Shown here: piece by piece, positions 8,787 to 17,923 of the stretch
Position numbering within the stretch: position 1 is the stretch's first letter
How the letters are laid out: the number at the start of each line of letters is the position of its first letter
DNA from: a virus
Lineage: Duplodnaviria > Caudoviricetes
Reading direction: 5' to 3' (one strand)
Virus record (IMG/VR): IMGVR_UViG_3300034110_000285
Coordinates: 1 to 27,307 of that record
Length of the DNA: 27,307 nucleotides
Made by a program: the position numbers and the translations under genes
Notes under the pieces: generated by a model
What the model was told of the DNA's origin: nothing
Database searches by the model: none
The model's input: the letters and a program-made list of their open reading frames with translations, nothing else

Positions 8787-10091
8787 TTGAAAAATAGAAT
8801 TGAATATGTCATTTCAGGCACCACCCATACCAAGATAACAATTCCTCTTGCTGACGACCCTACTCTTATAGATGTGGTAAGAAAAGCCATCACAAGAGTT
8901 AACACGTTCTCTGATAACTCTAGTTTTGGCATACTGTATAACGCTATGACAGAGAAAAACCTAGTTGAGCGTATACTTAGATATGAAGAATGCTTCAGCT
9001 CTATACACTCCGACTCAGGCGGGTTACAGGTTATGCAGCAAGGCAGGGTATTGGACGAGTCCTTACTCAGTACGATATTTGCAAACCAGGTGAACGGTTC
9101 ACACGTTGCAATGAGCTTCGATAGCATCCCTATTAAAATTGTTGGTCCAGGCGACCCTAGAACTAACATGGCAATCAAGCGATACATTGCATCTGAAAAC
9201 CTTGAACATGGCATCAAGAGCGGCAAGTATCTCAGAGCCCAGTTGGAATACTTTGCAAACAACCCAACACGTTTCAACTGCAAACCCCTAGTTATCTTAC
9301 AAGGTAACAGCCTACAAGACTATCAGGTATACCACGACGCTATTATGTCACAAGTTCCTGCAGAGTTACATTCAGGTATCGGTGGTTATGCAATTGCAGG
9401 TAGCGCAATAGGTATCGGTGCTCTAGAGGCACTTGATAGCATATACTCATTTGACTGTTTAGAAAAACCAGATGTGGTTGGCAACCGTCTGCACTTCTTA
9501 GGCTATGGTTCAATTTCACGCCTAGCACCGGTTATCATATGCAATAATGCAGGTGTATTGAGTAAAAACCACCTAAGCTACGACTCAACAACACACTCCT
9601 CCAAATACAACATGGGGTCTGTAACAGGGCCTAATCTGAAAGACATGGAGTATGGAAAAATTGCAAACAACCCGAAAGCAAAACGTATTTTCGGTATGGT
9701 GTATGACTGCTTCGCGGACATTCTTGCAGCTAGTGGGTACGCACGTGACGAGTGGGTGAATACAGTTGCATCTGAGTTAGTAGGCTCAGAAAAGTTTCAT
9801 ATTGAAGACACTAAGGCTAAGGTTGCACATCTGTCTGGTGTAGCACTCAGTGCATTATACAGTGCCAAAAATTTCATGAGTGCAGTGGACAGCATCAGTG
9901 CGGACCCACAAAAACTCTACGAATATCCAGGCAACAAGAAAAGCATTGGTGCTATGTTACACTTATTAGAGTGTAAGAGTGGCAAAGAATGGTTCAAAAC
10001 ATATCGCCCGAGGGTTGCACGTTACATAACGTCCGACCGTATTGAAAGGGTAGAAGATAAAGAGGTGAGCTTTGAAGACTTGTTTATTTGA
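8787..10091 (+). CDS. dpdA: TGT-fold guanine transglycosylase (DpdA-like, probably DNA-directed)
   Basis: TGT motifs HSDSGGLQ, SFDSIP, ILQG, GGYAIAG, LHFLG and SYDST; no canonical tRNA-TGT zinc motif seen; lies among que genes. TTG start after AGGA. Confidence 0.75.
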   Translation: MKNRIEYVISGTTHTKITIPLADDPTLIDVVRKAITRVNTFSDNSSFGILYNAMTEKNLVERILRYEECFSSIHSDSGGLQVMQQGRVLDESLLSTIFANQVNGSHVAMSFDSIPIKIVGPGDPRTNMAIKRYIASENLEHGIKSGKYLRAQLEYFANNPTRFNCKPLVILQGNSLQDYQVYHDAIMSQVPAELHSGIGGYAIAGSAIGIGALEALDSIYSFDCLEKPDVVGNRLHFLGYGSISRLAPVIICNNAGVLSKNHLSYDSTTHSSKYNMGSVTGPNLKDMEYGKIANNPKAKRIFGMVYDCFADILAASGYARDEWVNTVASELVGSEKFHIEDTKAKVAHLSGVALSALYSAKNFMSAVDSISADPQKLYEYPGNKKSIGAMLHLLECKSGKEWFKTYRPRVARYITSDRIERVEDKEVSFEDLFI

Positions 10092-10500
10092 TGTTGACGG
10101 TGTCATTGTTGATACAGTGACACCTTTCCTTGAGCAGGGCAGTGACATGAACTACTGGCTCAACCCAAAACTGTACGATAATCTCGACCCTCATCCTGAC
10201 ACATATAAAGCAATGGATATGTTGAAGCATGCTGGATATCATGTGGTCATCTGTAGTACCACGTTCTGTGAACATGTATATAGCAAGCATAAGTTTTTAC
10301 GCTTACATTTCCCACATGTAGACAGTGTGTTCATGCGTAATAAGCACCTATACCCGTGTGATTTGGTTATAGACGACCGAGAAATTGTTATGGACGGCTT
10401 TAAAACTGCTCAGCCTGGTGCTAAACTTATACTGACGTCTTATGGACGTGTTTTATCAGATGTTAAGAAATTTCTGGAGGATAGCAATGTTTGCACCTAA
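10072..10500 (+). CDS. HAD-superfamily phosphatase, 5'(3')-deoxyribonucleotidase-like
   Basis: Motif I FDVDGVIVD, motif II ICST, K..FL..HFP, motif IV K....D LVIDD. Confidence 0.85.
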   Translation: MKTCLFDVDGVIVDTVTPFLEQGSDMNYWLNPKLYDNLDPHPDTYKAMDMLKHAGYHVVICSTTFCEHVYSKHKFLRLHFPHVDSVFMRNKHLYPCDLVIDDREIVMDGFKTAQPGAKLILTSYGRVLSDVKKFLEDSNVCT

Positions 10501-11329
10501 TAACGTACCACACTTCCACCACAGATCAACGGAGTTCATGAACACGTATGAAAATTGTGTGAAGCTGTTCAAGTCGAAGTTTTCAATCCCACAAGAAAGC
10601 ATTGTGTTGTTCGTCACGGGCTCAGCCACGACGGCTTTAGAGTCTGTCCTGTTCAGTATTAATAAAGATGTTGAGGTAGTCACAACGGGTGGGTTCAGTT
10701 CTCGTCTGTTGAAATCTGCCATCGTGTATGGAAAATACTCTTTACAAGATCAAGATTCAGCGACAATGTCTGTTAACTATGAAACAGGCAAGTCTGAAGT
10801 CTATGTAGGTGATCTAGCAACACTTGCTGACTGTACATCTTCATTTCCATACTACACACCTCAAGAAGATGTGTGGGTAACTACGACATCAAAACAACTG
10901 GGTTCAGTGACAGGGTTGTCTGTTATTGTTATCCGTAACCAGGAAGTGATGGATCAGTTGTTTTACGGAGAATGTCAATCATACTTGAGTGTTGCACGTT
11001 ACTACGAATTCAGCAAAAAGAACCAAACACCAAACACACCTAACATTGACGCGTTCGTGGACTTAGAACAAAGACTGCGCCAGTTCGACTTAGATGCATT
11101 CCGCGCTAAGGTAGACTCACGTCGTACTATGGTTGTAGACATGTTGAACTCTAAAGGTGTTGCAGTGATTGGTGAAGGGCCTGTTGTGACTGTGGCTCAA
11201 CGTCTAGGCGTATTGGAAGATGAATTTGGTATGTACAAAAATACCTTAGGCCAGCCTCAGTTGTTTTTATGGTCTGGTACTGATGCGCAATACGAACAAT
11301 TCATTAAACGTGGGAGCGAGTTATTATGA
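10487..11329 (+). CDS. PLP-dependent class V aminotransferase (serine-pyruvate/alanine-glyoxylate/PhnW-like), compact
   Basis: ATG at 10487 after GGAGG; HRSTEF, TGSATTALE, YETG, ADCTSS (PLP Asp), TTSKQLG (PLP Lys) and QTPNTP. Confidence 0.85.
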   Translation: MFAPNNVPHFHHRSTEFMNTYENCVKLFKSKFSIPQESIVLFVTGSATTALESVLFSINKDVEVVTTGGFSSRLLKSAIVYGKYSLQDQDSATMSVNYETGKSEVYVGDLATLADCTSSFPYYTPQEDVWVTTTSKQLGSVTGLSVIVIRNQEVMDQLFYGECQSYLSVARYYEFSKKNQTPNTPNIDAFVDLEQRLRQFDLDAFRAKVDSRRTMVVDMLNSKGVAVIGEGPVVTVAQRLGVLEDEFGMYKNTLGQPQLFLWSGTDAQYEQFIKRGSELL

Positions 11330-11946
11330 AAGGTGTTGTATGCCATCTAAGCGGTGGTTTTGATTCACTAGCATCCACATTGCTAGTAGCAGTCACAGGC
11401 GCACAGTTCTGCACCGTGTTTTATGACATCGGGCAACCGTATGTTTCACAAGAGAGACAGGCGGCTAGAATTGCGTCCGCTCGCCTGACTCAGCTGTTCA
11501 CAGAATACAAAGGGCATTATGAGTATTCATTGCCTCTGATGTTGGCGAACACTGTTAATGCTGATTATGTACCGGTTAGAAATTTGGTACTAGGCGCACA
11601 CTCTTGCAACATGGCAGTATCTTTAGGTTATGACCATATTGCAGTAGGCAACAAAACTCTAGAAGTAAGAGAAGGCGATAGTCACTCATTTTCAGACTGT
11701 TCTGTGCCTTTCTATTCAATGCTCGGCGATGTTGCCACATTTGCGTCTGAAAAGCAGAAACTGACATTCCTCATGCCTCTGATTGTAGACGGGGTGCCTA
11801 TGAGTAAGGCCGATGTTATTGATTACATCAGCTCACATGGCTTTGACGTCAGTAAACTGTGGTCTTGTTATAACAATGAAGAAACTCCTTGCGGTGTATG
11901 TTACCACTGTGAAGAAATTAAGAAAGCAAACCGTTGGACCTTCTAA
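11326..11946 (+). CDS. queC: 7-cyano-7-deazaguanine synthase QueC-like
   Basis: PP-loop LSGGFDS, YVPVRN, FSDC, MSKADV and zinc site WSCY...PCGVCYHC. Confidence 0.88.
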   Translation: MKGVVCHLSGGFDSLASTLLVAVTGAQFCTVFYDIGQPYVSQERQAARIASARLTQLFTEYKGHYEYSLPLMLANTVNADYVPVRNLVLGAHSCNMAVSLGYDHIAVGNKTLEVREGDSHSFSDCSVPFYSMLGDVATFASEKQKLTFLMPLIVDGVPMSKADVIDYISSHGFDVSKLWSCYNNEETPCGVCYHCEEIKKANRWTF

Positions 11947-11984
11947 CAGGCCCTTCAAATCAATATCAAAAATTAGGAAATTCT

Positions 11985-12668
11985 ATGAATATTACACGTC
12001 TGAACGAACAGGTTGCTCAAGTTACAGCATGGAACCAAGTTGCACAAAACATGGTTGAAGACTTCTCGAAAGAGAAGGCAATTGCACAAGCAAGTTATGT
12101 GTTCGAAGAGGCAAAGGAAACTATTGATGCCATTCTCACTAATAACAACCAAGAGCACCTTGACGGCGTTGCTGACATCTTTGTGACATTGACATACCTA
12201 ATCCGCGTCCTCTCTAATGAAGACGTTGTATTTGAGCCACAAGACTTCTTAGGTTACGGTGAGCCTGTTGAAGGTTTTGATTTACGATACGGTAACTTAG
12301 GCATCGCTGCATCTATCATGGGGATTGTGGATATGGTCCACCGTGATACCTACAACGAACTAGACACAAATAGCATCCTCTTTGCACTGAAAGAGCTAAT
12401 GGCAGAGATGTTTAATAACGTCAACCTCTGCTATAACATCGACGTCACTGATGTGATCCAAAAAGTTCTTGACAGTAACTGGTCTAAGTATCTTCCAGCT
12501 ACCACTGAACCTGGTAAAGTGTTAGAAGAAGTTCGCTGGATCAATGAGAACGGTTTTATGGATATTGCTCCAGTGTATTCAGGTGACTACATTGTGTTCC
12601 GCGACAAACATGGTAAAGGTAAAATTCGTAAGCCATCAACCTATGCTGCTCCGGGTAGCTTCTTTTAA
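11985..12668 (+). CDS. MazG-like all-alpha NTP pyrophosphohydrolase
   Basis: ATG at 11985 after AGGA; EEAKE...EHLDGVADIFV acidic motif, SNWSK and GKIRKP, with a central insertion. Confidence 0.8.
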   Translation: MNITRLNEQVAQVTAWNQVAQNMVEDFSKEKAIAQASYVFEEAKETIDAILTNNNQEHLDGVADIFVTLTYLIRVLSNEDVVFEPQDFLGYGEPVEGFDLRYGNLGIAASIMGIVDMVHRDTYNELDTNSILFALKELMAEMFNNVNLCYNIDVTDVIQKVLDSNWSKYLPATTEPGKVLEEVRWINENGFMDIAPVYSGDYIVFRDKHGKGKIRKPSTYAAPGSFF

Positions 12669-12733
12669 GCCTGCCTAGATCCGATTGTGCTGCTCTTGCT
12701 TTTATGTTAGAGTAACACTCCACTTCACCTATT

Positions 12734-12765
12734 AAAGTGCGTCAAACTGCGACGCACTTTGTTTT
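12734..12765 (+). promoter_or_regulatory. Hairpin upstream of the polymerase RBS (terminator or translational operator)
   Basis: Perfect 10 bp stem AAAGTGCGTC/GACGCACTTT, 8 nt before AGGAG. Confidence 0.55.
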
Positions 12766-12778
12766 ACTAGGAGTTAGC

Positions 12779-15373
12779 ATGTCTACATCAGACAAACCGT
12801 TATACACGTTCTACAAAACGTGGGGCAATAAAATTTTATTCAAGTATCGTAAGAACGGTAACTCGTATTCGAAGTTAATCGACTTCTACCAGCCGTCCTT
12901 ATTCAGTGTTGACAATAGCGCAGTTGATCCAGAGTTTGTGTCGATTTACAACACACCTTTGAAACGACATTCGTTTGCTGACATAAGAGAAGCGAAGTCA
13001 TTCATTCAGACATACAAAGATGTTGAAGGTTTTGAGATTCATGGGAACTCAAACTACGCCAACCAGTTCATTGTAGAGTTCTACGACGGTAAGATGCCTA
13101 AGTTCAGTACGAATGACATTCGTGCAGCGATACTCGATATCGAGGTGCTGTCCCCTGATGAATTCCCTGAGCCTGCACAAGCAAAACATCCAATCAATGG
13201 TGTCACAATATACGACAGTTTCACCAAGAAGTACCATGTACTCGGCATGGTGGATTATGTTCACAACGAGCAGCACAAGCGAGTAGGTCAACTCAGCGTA
13301 GAGTATACCAAGTTCGTAGATGAGATTGCTTTGTTGCGAGCAATGTTGGAACACTTCAAAACAACCTGTTACGACTTGACATCAGGGTGGAACTCTGAAA
13401 CGTTCGACATGCCATACATCGTTAACAGATGTTTTTCACTGTTAGGTTCAGATTATACCACGTCAATGTTATCGCCGTTCGGTCACATTAGCATAGACAC
13501 ATTCACCAATGACTTCGGTAAAGAAAGTGTTAAGGTTAACATCTTAGGTCTGCCTCATCTTGACTATCTTATCTTATATAAGAAACACGTATTCACTCCA
13601 AGAGAGTCTTACAAGTTAGGGTTCATCGCACAAGAAGAACTAGGCACAGATAAGATAGACTATACGGACGAAGGTACGTTAGCAAACTTATACCACAAGA
13701 ACCCTCAGGCGTTCACTGAATACAACATATACGACGTTGACATCATCAGACAGCTAGACGACAAACTTGGTTTGTTTGCAGTTACATACACTCTTGCTTA
13801 TTACACGTTGTCTAACTTCGAAGATACTCTAGGCACCGTTAAAGCATGGGAACAATTGGTAGCAAAGTTCCTGTATGGTAAAAATGTAGCACCTTTGTTC
13901 AAAGCAAAACGTGAAGCAATTCGTGATTATCCTGGTGGGTATGTCCGTGATCCTATTGTTGGGATGGTGGAGTGGTTAATGTCTGTGGACTTAAACTCAC
14001 TATATCCTCACTTAGAGATGCAGGTGAACATCGGGCCTGAAACTTACATTCCGCGCCATAAGTTGCCACCTGAGCTTGCAGTTCTCAAGTCGAAGTACAC
14101 GTTAGATGACTTGGTTAAAGGCACTGCTGACCTGAGTGCTGTTAAGAAACATAACTTGTCAATGGCAGCGAACTTCGAGTTCTACAGTAAAGAGCGTAAG
14201 AGCTTCTTCTCTGAAATTAAAGAAGAACTGTACAGCATGCGGAAAGTGTATAAGAAGCAGATGTTACAAGCCGAAAAGGATTACATTAAGGCTAAGTCTG
14301 AAGATACATCGCATGAAGACCTTTTCCACTTAGAGGAAGCCATAGCACTGTTCAACAACCTTCAAATGGCGATGAAGATCTTGTTAAACGCTGGTTATGG
14401 TGCTTTAGGTAACGAACACTTCCTGTATTTCAAAATCGAAAACGCTGAGGCAATCACGTTGACAGGACAACTCGTCAACATGTATACATCAAGCAGAGTA
14501 GAAACCCACTTACAGAAAATGTTCAACACCAATGAACCGTTATGGATCTATTCAGATACGGACAGTGGATATTTCACACTGAAGAAATTCCATGATGCTG
14601 TGTTGTCAGATGTGACGGACATCCATAAGAAAGTTGATGTTATTGACAGTTTCATTAAAACTAAGATCACACCGTTCATTGACAAAACTACAGATGTGCT
14701 TGCTGACTATCTGAACTCCTATGCTAACAAGATGGTATGGGAACGTGAAGTTATAGCAGAGTCTGGTGTGTTTGTTGCGAAGAAGCGGTATGCTCTGAAA
14801 GTATGGGACTCAGAGGGCGTTAGATACAACGATCCTAAGATTAAGATCATGGGCTTGGAAGCTATCCGTTCATCGACACCTCAGTGGGCTAGGAAGTATC
14901 TGAAAGAGTGCTATGCTATTGCACTGGATAGGGACGAGAAGAAGTTACAGTCTCGATTCGCGGAAATGCGTGCAGAGTTTATGGCTATGCCGGTGGAGAA
15001 GATCGCAATCCCTCGTGGTGTTAACGGACTAGAGAAATGGGGCAGTAAGGATGCAAGTATCTATACATCAGGTACGCCTAACCATGTTAAGGCAGCGTTG
15101 ATTCATAACTACATGATTGACCTGTTAGGCTTGAAGATTAATAAAATAGTATCAGGCAACAAGATTAAGTTCGTGAAGCTTAGACAGCCTAACCCAATCA
15201 GACAAGACATAATCGCGTTTGATAACAAACTGCCGTCAGAGTTCGGGTTAGACGACTATGTTAACAGGCCAGAAATATTTGAATCGGGCTTTGTATCGCC
15301 ATTGACGTTGTTCATTCAAACACTCAATTGGAACTATGAAGAAACTGTATCCTTGGAAGATTTCTTTAGTTGA
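12779..15373 (+). CDS. 43: Family B DNA polymerase gp43
   Basis: ExoI DIEV, ExoII GWNSETFDMPY, ExoIII YNIYD; motif A SVDLNSLYP, motif B KILLNAGYGALGN, motif C YSDTDS, plus KKRYAL; C-terminal clamp-binding SLEDFF. ATG at 12779 after AGGAG. Confidence 0.97.
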   Translation: MSTSDKPLYTFYKTWGNKILFKYRKNGNSYSKLIDFYQPSLFSVDNSAVDPEFVSIYNTPLKRHSFADIREAKSFIQTYKDVEGFEIHGNSNYANQFIVEFYDGKMPKFSTNDIRAAILDIEVLSPDEFPEPAQAKHPINGVTIYDSFTKKYHVLGMVDYVHNEQHKRVGQLSVEYTKFVDEIALLRAMLEHFKTTCYDLTSGWNSETFDMPYIVNRCFSLLGSDYTTSMLSPFGHISIDTFTNDFGKESVKVNILGLPHLDYLILYKKHVFTPRESYKLGFIAQEELGTDKIDYTDEGTLANLYHKNPQAFTEYNIYDVDIIRQLDDKLGLFAVTYTLAYYTLSNFEDTLGTVKAWEQLVAKFLYGKNVAPLFKAKREAIRDYPGGYVRDPIVGMVEWLMSVDLNSLYPHLEMQVNIGPETYIPRHKLPPELAVLKSKYTLDDLVKGTADLSAVKKHNLSMAANFEFYSKERKSFFSEIKEELYSMRKVYKKQMLQAEKDYIKAKSEDTSHEDLFHLEEAIALFNNLQMAMKILLNAGYGALGNEHFLYFKIENAEAITLTGQLVNMYTSSRVETHLQKMFNTNEPLWIYSDTDSGYFTLKKFHDAVLSDVTDIHKKVDVIDSFIKTKITPFIDKTTDVLADYLNSYANKMVWEREVIAESGVFVAKKRYALKVWDSEGVRYNDPKIKIMGLEAIRSSTPQWARKYLKECYAIALDRDEKKLQSRFAEMRAEFMAMPVEKIAIPRGVNGLEKWGSKDASIYTSGTPNHVKAALIHNYMIDLLGLKINKIVSGNKIKFVKLRQPNPIRQDIIAFDNKLPSEFGLDDYVNRPEIFESGFVSPLTLFIQTLNWNYEETVSLEDFFS

Positions 15374-15412
15374 CACACCGTCGCCTTTCGTATACAATGT
15401 ACGACGGGCGAC
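15370..15412 (+). promoter_or_regulatory. sigma70 promoter with the -10 inside an inverted repeat
   Basis: TTGACA(15370)-17-TACAAT(15393); imperfect inverted repeat 15380-15392/15400-15412. Confidence 0.75.
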
Positions 15413-15434
15413 ATTTTAATTGAGGAGTTATAAA

Positions 15435-16169
15435 ATGGCGGTTATTGGTATTATAGGTTTGGCTGGCAGTGGCAAAGACACATTGTGCAACGCACTACTG
15501 AAGCAGCTTCCTGGATTTTCGCGGTATGCTTACGCGGATCCGTTGAAAGAGTTTACAATGTGTGTTCTACCTCTTAACAGACAACAATGTTATGACGTGG
15601 TCGCAAAAGAAACTGAAATTGAATTCGTTATAGACCACAACAAACTGAAGCAAGCGTTTGAGCTATGGTTCAGTACGATAGCACCTTGTTACATCATCAC
15701 TCATCGTTCACCGGAGTATTACTTCCAAGCGTTCATGGGTGCACTCTCAACAGAATACAAAACAAAAAACGCCTGGTGGGTGGCCGACATATTGGCTTTA
15801 CTGGGCATCAATCATGACTATGTTTTTAAGACCACTCCGAGAAAACTGTTACAGTTAATCGGTACAGACTTCTTCAGACGTCATGTAGATGAAAATTTTT
15901 GGATCAACTTAGCACCTAAGTCTAACATCATTGTGTCTGACGTACGGTTTGAAAACGAAATTGACCATATCCTACACAACGACGGTATCATGGTTAAGAT
16001 TGTAGATCCTGCCCTGAACGAAATTTCAAGTTCTTCTCATGTATCAGAGTCACTGTCTAAGCAAGACATTGAATGTGATATCACAGTAATTAACGATAAG
16101 ACAAAAGGCATCGAAGCCTTAGATGCCAGTGCGGCCCTTATCATCAACAAGTTGAAAAACAAATGGTAA
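15435..16169 (+). CDS. 1: Deoxynucleoside monophosphate kinase (T4 gp1-like)
   Basis: GIIGLAGSGKDT P-loop, YADPLK, TPRKLLQLIGTD, VSDVRFENE and HVSE. Confidence 0.9.
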   Translation: MAVIGIIGLAGSGKDTLCNALLKQLPGFSRYAYADPLKEFTMCVLPLNRQQCYDVVAKETEIEFVIDHNKLKQAFELWFSTIAPCYIITHRSPEYYFQAFMGALSTEYKTKNAWWVADILALLGINHDYVFKTTPRKLLQLIGTDFFRRHVDENFWINLAPKSNIIVSDVRFENEIDHILHNDGIMVKIVDPALNEISSSSHVSESLSKQDIECDITVINDKTKGIEALDASAALIINKLKNKW

Positions 16170-16696
16170 CCATTAAATTAGCAGTCTCACCTGGCGTACC
16201 TAATAGTGAAGACTATATGGTAGAATTAGAAACGTATGTCCGCGACGTACTGACAAAGGACCACAGCCTACCTACAATGGTATCTGTTTACAATGATCTG
16301 GTTGTAATTGAGTCCGACAAAGAAGGTGCGACGATGGTCATTAATCGTCTGATTGAAGACTATGCATCTCTGGGTACGGAATGTGATGTAGACATCTACA
16401 GCATTGTGACGTATTGCGATGATCCAGAGTTACAAAACTTCTTTGTGATAGAACGTCTGAATATCCAGGCAGCTTCACAAGAAAGTATGTTTGAAGCTCT
16501 TAATGACGATCGGGCAACGACGGATTCTGTCCTTAACTTGTCTAAGCGTATTGGCATGATGGATGGCCTATTGACGTTAAACGGGTGTTACCAGTTCAAG
16601 GCCATTGTTGAAGCAATAATTGAAGAATTGAAAACTGTTCACCGTATAGACTTATTAGATACAGTGAACGGCTGTTTTGACCATAAGGTTAACTAA
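16163..16696 (+). CDS. Hypothetical acidic protein
   Basis: 177 aa ORF filling the gap between the kinase and uvsX. Confidence 0.75.
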   Translation: MVTIKLAVSPGVPNSEDYMVELETYVRDVLTKDHSLPTMVSVYNDLVVIESDKEGATMVINRLIEDYASLGTECDVDIYSIVTYCDDPELQNFFVIERLNIQAASQESMFEALNDDRATTDSVLNLSKRIGMMDGLLTLNGCYQFKAIVEAIIEELKTVHRIDLLDTVNGCFDHKVN

Positions 16697-16705
16697 GAGG
16701 ACGAT

Positions 16706-17866
16706 ATGAGTTTATTTAAAAAGTTACAAAAAGCCACAGTGGTAAACAACTCCGCTGCTATGGACAAGTCAGCATTCTTTAACGCAGATGATCTTATTAG
16801 CTTACCAGTTCCAGCGATGAACTTGGCCTACTCTGGTTGGCTTAACGGTGGCTTCGGTCCAGGCATGCACTTAGTATGTGGTCCGTCTAAGCACTTCAAG
16901 TCTAACCTGTGTTTGGTTGCAGTGAAAGCATTCCTTGACAAGTATGCGGAATCTTTCATTGTGTTCTACGACTCGGAGTTTGGTTCATTACCAGATTATT
17001 GGAAGTCTATGGACATTGACGTGAGTCGTGTTCTTCACGTTCCGGTGCGTAACATGGAAGAACTCAAGTTTGACATTATGAAAAAACTTGAGACGTTTGA
17101 AGAAGAACAGAAAGCTGGCGACAATACACGAATCATGTTCTACGTGGACTCTTTAGGCAACTTAGCTTCTAAGAAAGAAGTTGACGATGCGCTGAAAGAA
17201 TCAGGTGCAGCAGACATGACACGTGCTAAAGTAGGTAAGTCACTTGCACGTATGATCACACCTTACTTGAAAACGTTAAAGATTCCTTTCTTTGGCATCC
17301 AACACACGTATGACACAATGGAAATGTACTCCAAGAAAGTTGTATCGGGTGGCCAAGGTTGGGTTCTATCTTCAGACTCTATCTTTATCATGGGTAAACG
17401 TCAAGTTAAAGATGGTTCAGAATTAGCAGGCTTCGAGTTTGTTATGAACACAGACAAGTCTCGTGTTATTAAAGAAAAGTCTGCAATTCCTATCACCGTC
17501 ACATTCAGTGGTGGTATTGATCGTTTCTCAGGTTTACTAGACATCGGCCAGGCATGTGGTTGGGTAACTAAGCCTAAGAACGGTTGGTACACTCGTCCGT
17601 CAATCAAGGATGACAGAAACTGGCGTGAAAAGGAAACTCGCTCTGAAGAGTTCTGGGGTCCATTGTTAGACAATCAGAAGTTCCAAGAAGCAGTATCTGC
17701 TCTATTCAAGTTAACATCACCTAAGTCGTTCGTGATGGACGAGGACGGCAATGTCGTATTGACAGATGGCACCAAATGTGATGCAAGCACAGGTGAGATC
17801 CTAACAGATGAAACAACAGAAGACTCAAATCTGTTAGATGCTTTCTTAGATGACCTTGAAGAATAA
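16706..17866 (+). CDS. uvsX: RecA-like recombinase UvsX
   Basis: GPSKHFKS Walker A, FYDSEFG, VDSLGNLASKKE, ADMTRAK and SGG. Confidence 0.96.
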   Translation: MSLFKKLQKATVVNNSAAMDKSAFFNADDLISLPVPAMNLAYSGWLNGGFGPGMHLVCGPSKHFKSNLCLVAVKAFLDKYAESFIVFYDSEFGSLPDYWKSMDIDVSRVLHVPVRNMEELKFDIMKKLETFEEEQKAGDNTRIMFYVDSLGNLASKKEVDDALKESGAADMTRAKVGKSLARMITPYLKTLKIPFFGIQHTYDTMEMYSKKVVSGGQGWVLSSDSIFIMGKRQVKDGSELAGFEFVMNTDKSRVIKEKSAIPITVTFSGGIDRFSGLLDIGQACGWVTKPKNGWYTRPSIKDDRNWREKETRSEEFWGPLLDNQKFQEAVSALFKLTSPKSFVMDEDGNVVLTDGTKCDASTGEILTDETTEDSNLLDAFLDDLEE

Positions 17867-17867
17867 G

Positions 17868-17905
17868 TAGACTTGAAGGGGTCGTCATGTTAATATTGAC
17901 GACCC
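17868..17905 (+). promoter_or_regulatory. Probable promoter with the -10 in a hairpin loop
   Basis: TAGACT(17868)-17-TAATAT(17891) with an upstream TG; stem GGGTCGTCA/TGACGACCC. Confidence 0.55.
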
Positions 17906-17923
17906 TGTCATATTGGAGCTGTT

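Noticed and set aside
11326-11946. QueC as part of a bacterial QatABCD or CBASS type IV defence system
   Set aside because: No QatA ATPase, TatD or cyclase neighbours; the context is a phage replication region with queD, queE and a TGT-fold gene.
12737-12778. GTG start at 12737 for the polymerase
   Set aside because: It lies within the hairpin and lacks an RBS; the ATG at 12779 has AGGAG at suitable spacing.
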